From positions 194 through 64,193 of the forward strand of contig CAZDCZ010000003.1 of assembly GCA_964504155.1 (NCBI GenBank): a stretch of DNA of 64,000 nucleotides. Reading direction: 5' to 3'. This document shows positions 59,231-64,000 of this stretch, in pieces (positions within the stretch are counted from its first letter, which is position 1; the number at the start of each line of letters is the position of its first letter). This DNA is from an uncultured Bacteroidales bacterium (GTDB lineage Bacteria > Bacteroidota > Bacteroidia > Bacteroidales > UBA12077). A program made the position numbers and the translations under genes. A model generated the notes under the pieces. It made no database searches. It was not told where the DNA came from and saw nothing but the letters and a program-made list of their open reading frames with translations.

Positions 59231-60025
59231 TTAAATTGAAATTGCTCCTTTAATGTGTGGTAGAGGATTATAATTTTCTAATTTAAAATCGTCAAATACA
59301 AAATCGAAAATATTTTTCTTTGCCGGATTTATAATCATATTGGGTAATTGTTTTGGTTTGCGCGATAGTTGAGTTTTTACCTGTTCTAAATGGTTAAGAT
59401 AAATATGAGCATCTCCTAATGTATGAACAAATTCATATGCTTCAAGGTTTGTTGCTTGAGCAATCATCATTGTTAATAATGCGTATGAGGCAATATTAAA
59501 AGGAACACCTAAAAATATATCGGCACTTCTTTGATATAATTGACAGGAAAGTTTCTCGTTTGCAACATAAAACTGAAATAAGATATGACAAGGAGGAAGC
59601 GCCATATTATCTAAATCGCCTACATTCCAAGCACTAACAATATGACGGCGCGAATCGGGATTATTTTTAATACTCTCTATTAGGTTTGAAATTTGGTCGA
59701 TATGCCCACTGTTGTACGATGGCCACGAACGCCATTGGTATCCATATATGTGTCCTAAATCGCCTTTTTCATCGGCCCATTCGTTCCATATTTTCACCCC
59801 ATTATTATTAAGATATTTAGTATTTGTGTCGCCGTTTAGAAACCATAATAATTCGTGAATAATCGATTTGAGATGTAATTTTTTTGTTGTTAATAAAGGA
59901 AAACCATCTTGTAAATTAAATCGCATTTGATAGCCAAATGCACTAATCGTTCCGGTGCCTGTTCTGTCTCCCTTTTCTGTTCCGTTTTTCTGTACATGAT
60001 TTAATAAATCGAGATATTGTTTCAT
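59231..60025 (-). CDS. thyA: Thymidylate synthase (ThyA type)
   Basis: 264 aa. It has [15 protein letters not shown], the catalytic LPPCH and [20 protein letters not shown]. Confidence 0.97.
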   Translation of the reverse strand: MKQYLDLLNHVQKNGTEKGDRTGTGTISAFGYQMRFNLQDGFPLLTTKKLHLKSIIHELLWFLNGDTNTKYLNNNGVKIWNEWADEKGDLGHIYGYQWRSWPSYNSGHIDQISNLIESIKNNPDSRRHIVSAWNVGDLDNMALPPCHILFQFYVANEKLSCQLYQRSADIFLGVPFNIASYALLTMMIAQATNLEAYEFVHTLGDAHIYLNHLEQVKTQLSRKPKQLPNMIINPAKKNIFDFVFDDFKLENYNPLPHIKGAISI

Positions 60026-60188
60026 GGTAAAGTATTTATTAAGCTAATAATTGCATTAATTTATTTTGCTAAGTTATATTAAAATGTATAAATATTAAGA
60101 ACTAAAATATTCGTTTTTTTTTGAAATGTAATAAAAATTAATTCATAACTTTAAAATTATTTTTTTGTTGAAATTCAAAAACGCTTAT

Positions 60189-61085
60189 ATGAAATTTAAT
60201 AACAAAATTGCAATAGTTATTTTTATTGTTTTGTTTGCCTGTAATAAAAAAGAAAATACTGAGTATGTTACTTCAATTAAAAAATGGCAAACAGAACGGA
60301 TAGAAAATTTAAAAAGCAAAACCGGATGGTTAAATTTAGCAGGTTTGTATTGGTTAGATGAAGGAGAAAATAGTTTTGGCAGCGATTCTTCTAATAAGAT
60401 AATTTTTCCTAGAGAAACTCCGGAAAATATTGGGGTTATTACTTTGCATGATAGTATATTAAAAATAAAAATAAATAAAAGTGTTGATGTATATTGTAAT
60501 AACAAAAAGATTTCGGAAAAAAGAATTAAAAGTGATGCATCGGGAAAAGCAAGTTTGTTTGAGCTGAATTCGTATGCATGGCTAATAATAAAACGAAATG
60601 GGAGATATGCTATACGTTTACGAGATTATAATAATGAATTAATTGGTAAAATAAATACAATTCCAACATATCCAATAAATAAAAAATGGAGAATTAAGGC
60701 GAATTATATTGCATTTGACAAGCCTGAAAATATGTTTGTGCCTAGTATTATTGGTTATACTAGTGTAGTTAAATGCTATGGAGTAATAGAATTTAATATT
60801 AATAATCAAACTTACAGTTTAAAACCAATTATGAATAATGACGGTAGTTTTTTTGTGATTTTTGCCGATAGAACTTCGGCTAATGAGACATATGGTGCTG
60901 GCAGATTTCTTGATGTTGATAAACCTAATGAAGATAATATTACATATATTGATTTTAATAAAGCTTATAATCCTCCATGTGTATTTAATAAATTTGCAAC
61001 TTGTCCGTTGCCTCCAATAGAGAATATTATTCCGGTATGTATTCCGGCTGGTGAGAAAATTGGAGATAATTTTGGGAAACACTAA
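60189..61085 (+). CDS. DUF1684 domain-containing lipoprotein
   Basis: The start is set at the ATG at 60189 (MKFNNKIAIVIFIVLFAC, lipobox Cys). The patterns WLNLAGLYWL and FADRTSANETYGAGRFL...AYNPPCVFNKFATCPLPP are typical of DUF1684. Confidence 0.75.
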   Translation: MKFNNKIAIVIFIVLFACNKKENTEYVTSIKKWQTERIENLKSKTGWLNLAGLYWLDEGENSFGSDSSNKIIFPRETPENIGVITLHDSILKIKINKSVDVYCNNKKISEKRIKSDASGKASLFELNSYAWLIIKRNGRYAIRLRDYNNELIGKINTIPTYPINKKWRIKANYIAFDKPENMFVPSIIGYTSVVKCYGVIEFNINNQTYSLKPIMNNDGSFFVIFADRTSANETYGAGRFLDVDKPNEDNITYIDFNKAYNPPCVFNKFATCPLPPIENIIPVCIPAGEKIGDNFGKH

Positions 61086-61095
61086 TTGTAAATAA

Positions 61096-62055
61096 TTAAA
61101 GTTTACCTAGTTTAAAATAATTTATCGATCCTATTATTGCAGGAACAGCAATATTTATTATCCAAACCATTATCGATGCCATAATTATTCCTAAAGTGTT
61201 TGATGTAAAAATGCCGATAAAAAGAATTGCAATAGAACCTCTTATTCCTAATTCTGACAATGTTGTTGTGGGAATAATTGTCATTGTTAAATATGTTATT
61301 GATATTGTTATAAATGCATTTATGAATGAAATGTGAACATCGAAAAATATTAATAATAAGTAGAATTGATAAATAAAAATGAAATATCGAAGAATACTAA
61401 GAGAAATAATAAGTAGTAATTCTTTTTTTGTTTTTGATTTTAAATAGAATAAAGTATTTTCATATCGATTTAAGAATTTAATTTTTGATATTAATATTTC
61501 AGAAATCTTAAAAGTTAAATATTCGTAAAATCCAATAAATAGAAGAAAGCAAGAAAGTACTATTAAATATATAATATTTATATTCTTATTAACTGCAAGT
61601 TCAGAATATTTGAAAAAGAAATAAGTTAACGAGATTATTCCAAAAATTAGACTTGTAATAAATTGGCTATAACTTCCTAATGCAGTAGCAATGATGCTTT
61701 TCTTTCTATTTTGTTTTTCTAAAACTACAATTCTGCCACCAAGCTCTCCAACTCTATTTGGGGTAAATATTCCGATTGTAACTCCGGCAAATACGCCTTT
61801 AAGAGATTTTACAAATGAGATATTTTGTATTTTTTGCAATAGATATTTCCATTTAATTGCTTCGATTGACCAGTTAATTATCATTAAAAATATTACAAGA
61901 AATAGTAAGAGTGTTTTTGCCGATGACTTATGAAAAATATTTTCGATTATTGAATTTAAATAGTCAAAATTTGAAAGTTTGTGATATATATATCCATACG
62001 TAATGGTAATAATTATAAAACTAAGAATATATTTGTGTGATTTTTTTGATATCAT
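61096..62055 (-). CDS. Flippase-like domain protein (UPF0104 / LPG-synthase TM family), second paralog
   Basis: 319 aa with about 8 TM helices. The motifs PNRVGELGGRIVVL and LSELGIRGSIA match the family pattern also seen in 24455-25354. Confidence 0.6.
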   Translation of the reverse strand: MISKKSHKYILSFIIITITYGYIYHKLSNFDYLNSIIENIFHKSSAKTLLLFLVIFLMIINWSIEAIKWKYLLQKIQNISFVKSLKGVFAGVTIGIFTPNRVGELGGRIVVLEKQNRKKSIIATALGSYSQFITSLIFGIISLTYFFFKYSELAVNKNINIIYLIVLSCFLLFIGFYEYLTFKISEILISKIKFLNRYENTLFYLKSKTKKELLLIISLSILRYFIFIYQFYLLLIFFDVHISFINAFITISITYLTMTIIPTTTLSELGIRGSIAILFIGIFTSNTLGIIMASIMVWIINIAVPAIIGSINYFKLGKL

Positions 62056-62114
62056 TATATTTATATAATTAAGTGATTCGTAGTGATTTTATAAAAATAA
62101 ATATATTTATATTA

Positions 62115-62122
62115 TAATTTTG
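62115..62122 (+). promoter_or_regulatory. Candidate -7 box (TAATTTTG) for rsmA
   Basis: TAnnTTTG match 31 nt upstream of the ATG at 62153. Confidence 0.35.
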
Positions 62123-62152
62123 TTTCTTTATATGAATTTTAAGAAAAATTAA

Positions 62153-62935
62153 ATGGTAAAACCTAAGAAATATCTTGGACAACACTTTTTAACCGATACT
62201 AATATTGCACAGAAAATAGTATTGGGATTAGGAGAAGATGTGAGGTCGAAAGTACTTGAAATTGGACCTGGGACAGGGGTGTTAACACAATATTTGTACG
62301 ATAAGTATAAATCTGATTTTTTTGCCATAGAAATTGACAATGAAGCATTTGAGTATTTGCAGACTCAATATCCGTCTATTGGTAAGAATTTGATAAATGC
62401 CGATTTCTTAAAAATAAATATTAAAGATTATTTTAATACAGAAATGTCGATTATCGGAAATTTTCCTTATAATATATCGTCTCAAATATTTTTTAAAGTG
62501 CTAGAGAATAAAGATATCGTTCAGAATGTTGTGTGCATGATACAAAAAGAAGTTGCCGACAGAATTAGAGCAAATCATGGAAATAAAACATATGGAATTT
62601 TAAGTGTATTTTTGCAAGCATATTACGATATCGATTTTTTATTTAATGTTAAACCCGGAGTATTTAATCCGCCCCCGAAGGTTGATTCGTCGGTAATACG
62701 TTTGAAACGAAACAATAAGAAAAAGCTTGGATGTAACGAAAAATTATTTTTTAATATTGTAAAAACAGGATTTAATCAAAGAAGAAAGACATTACGAAAT
62801 TCATTAAAAAGTATTGTTGCAGATGTTAGTCAAGAAGAAGAGATTTTTAAAAAACGCCCCGAACAATTAAGTGTTGATGAATTTGTTAGATTAACGAATA
62901 TTATTGAATCGAAATTAGAAGATACTAAATGCTAA
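62153..62935 (+). CDS. rsmA: 16S rRNA (adenine1518/1519-N6)-dimethyltransferase RsmA/KsgA
   Basis: 260 aa. It has LGQHFL, the SAM motif LEIGPGTGVLT and GNFPYNISS. Confidence 0.95.
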   Translation: MVKPKKYLGQHFLTDTNIAQKIVLGLGEDVRSKVLEIGPGTGVLTQYLYDKYKSDFFAIEIDNEAFEYLQTQYPSIGKNLINADFLKINIKDYFNTEMSIIGNFPYNISSQIFFKVLENKDIVQNVVCMIQKEVADRIRANHGNKTYGILSVFLQAYYDIDFLFNVKPGVFNPPPKVDSSVIRLKRNNKKKLGCNEKLFFNIVKTGFNQRRKTLRNSLKSIVADVSQEEEIFKKRPEQLSVDEFVRLTNIIESKLEDTKC

Positions 62936-62951
62936 GTAAATAGTTTTTAAT

Positions 62952-64000
62952 ATGCAGTTTGAATTAACTAAAGAATATGTCGATAGACTTCGCGAATTTA
63001 TTGAATTAAATGACGAAGTTGCAGCTTTTGAAATGATAAAAGATTTGCATCCGGCTGATATTGCCGAGATTTACGATGAATTAAATATCGATGAAGCAAA
63101 GTATATACATGTTAAACTCGATAGCGAAAAAGCTGCAGATGTATTAATTGAATTAGAAGAAGACGATAGGCATAGATTTTTAGAAGCCTTACCTAGTAAA
63201 TTAATTGCAAAGCAAATTATCGACAACCTTGATTCCGATGATGCTGCTGATGTTATTGGGGAATTATCAGACGATAAAAAAGATGAGGTTATCTCTTTTA
63301 TAGATGACCTAAAGCAGGCCGGAGATATTGTTGATCTTTTAAATTACGATGAAGATACGGCCGGTGGTTTAATGGCTAAAGAGCTTATTACGGTTAACGA
63401 AAATTGGAATATTAATACCTGCTTAAAAGAAATGCGTAAGCAGGCTTCAGAGATTGATGAAATTTATTATGTATATGTAATTAATAATGATGGAATATTA
63501 GTTGGAACACTTTCGTTAAAGAAGTTATTATTGTCAACATCTTTAGCTAAGGTTAAAAATATTAGTAATAAAGATGTTATTGCTGTAAAAACAGACGAAC
63601 CATCCGAAGAAGTAGCAAATATAATGGACAAATATGATTTGGTTGCTTTGCCTGTTGTCGATTCTATTGGAAGATTGTTAGGTAGAATTACTATCGACGA
63701 TGTTGTAGATGTAATTCGCGAAGAAGCTGAAAAAGATTACCAGATGATATCGGGTATATCCGAAGATGTTGAACCTACAGATAATGCTTGGAGATTAACA
63801 CGCGCGAGAATACCATGGCTGTTTATTGGTTTATTTGGAGGTATTATTGGTGCTTTAGTCTTAGGAAATTACAAAAATGACCTTGGAGTAAATCCTCAAA
63901 TGGCATTTTTCATTCCTTTAATTGCAGCAATGGGAGGAAATGTTGGAGTGCAATCATCGTCAATTGTTGTTCAGGCATTGGCAAATAAAACAATTGGTTT
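62952..64000 (+). CDS. mgtE: Magnesium transporter MgtE (3' end beyond the window)
   Basis: The frame is open from the ATG at 62952 to the window end. It has the MgtE N-domain (LHPADIAEIYDEL), tandem CBS-like segments (VINNDGILVGTLSLKKLL, ALPVVDSIGRLLGRITIDDVVDVI) and the start of the TM domain (MGGNVGVQSSS). Confidence 0.9.
   Translation, partial: MQFELTKEYVDRLREFIELNDEVAAFEMIKDLHPADIAEIYDELNIDEAKYIHVKLDSEKAADVLIELEEDDRHRFLEALPSKLIAKQIIDNLDSDDAADVIGELSDDKKDEVISFIDDLKQAGDIVDLLNYDEDTAGGLMAKELITVNENWNINTCLKEMRKQASEIDEIYYVYVINNDGILVGTLSLKKLLLSTSLAKVKNISNKDVIAVKTDEPSEEVANIMDKYDLVALPVVDSIGRLLGRITIDDVVDVIREEAEKDYQMISGISEDVEPTDNAWRLTRARIPWLFIGLFGGIIGALVLGNYKNDLGVNPQMAFFIPLIAAMGGNVGVQSSSIVVQALANKTIG

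Noticed and set aside
1-64000. Search for CRISPR arrays, rRNA genes, prophage blocks or recognisable defence operons (RM, TA, CBASS, Abi and similar)
   Set aside because: I saw no regularly spaced direct repeats, no rRNA-like conserved stretches, and no phage structural, integrase, nuclease-methylase or toxin-antitoxin gene pairs. The only tRNA found is tRNA-His.

Overview
Very AT-rich chromosomal segment, almost certainly Bacteroidota. Supporting signs are T9SS PorV/PorQ-type barrels, a T9SS type-B sorting domain, DUF5683 beside parAB, TAnnTTTG -7 boxes and signal peptides that end just before Gln. An orphan hydF suggests an anaerobe. All calls rest on reading the supplied ORF translations and the raw sequence; no search, HMM or folding was run, and GC content and GC skew were not computed.

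Most of the window is tightly packed housekeeping:
- rpmE, lon, priA, ispH, cmk, parAB
- pssA, psd, cdsA, ftsH, rsfS
- birA, pyrE, coaD, folA-thyA, rsmA, mgtE, and one tRNA-His

Regions that stand out:
1. A 1,726-codon uninterrupted ORF (10346-15526). It fuses a complete SLC12/cation-chloride-cotransporter-like permease to about 1,000 extra residues that end in a P-loop ATPase. An MscS-like channel gene starts 10 nt downstream. This is the best candidate for an undescribed system.
2. Two decayed IS1380-like transposase remnants in inverted orientation. Their 154-bp 3' tails are 96% identical and bracket 40.6 kb of core genes. A nonsense- and frameshift-inactivated GxxExxY gene sits at one junction.
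3. An 8-kb envelope glycosylation locus (19093-27243). It has three large polytopic GT-C-like proteins, two membrane-anchored GT2 enzymes and a flippase-like protein.
4. A textbook sigma-54 -24/-12 element upstream of lon.
5. A DUF4143 AAA ATPase gene flanked by 43-bp direct repeats.
6. A sharp coding-strand polarity switch at about 28.5 kb.

No CRISPR array, rRNA, intact mobile element or recognisable defence operon was seen.
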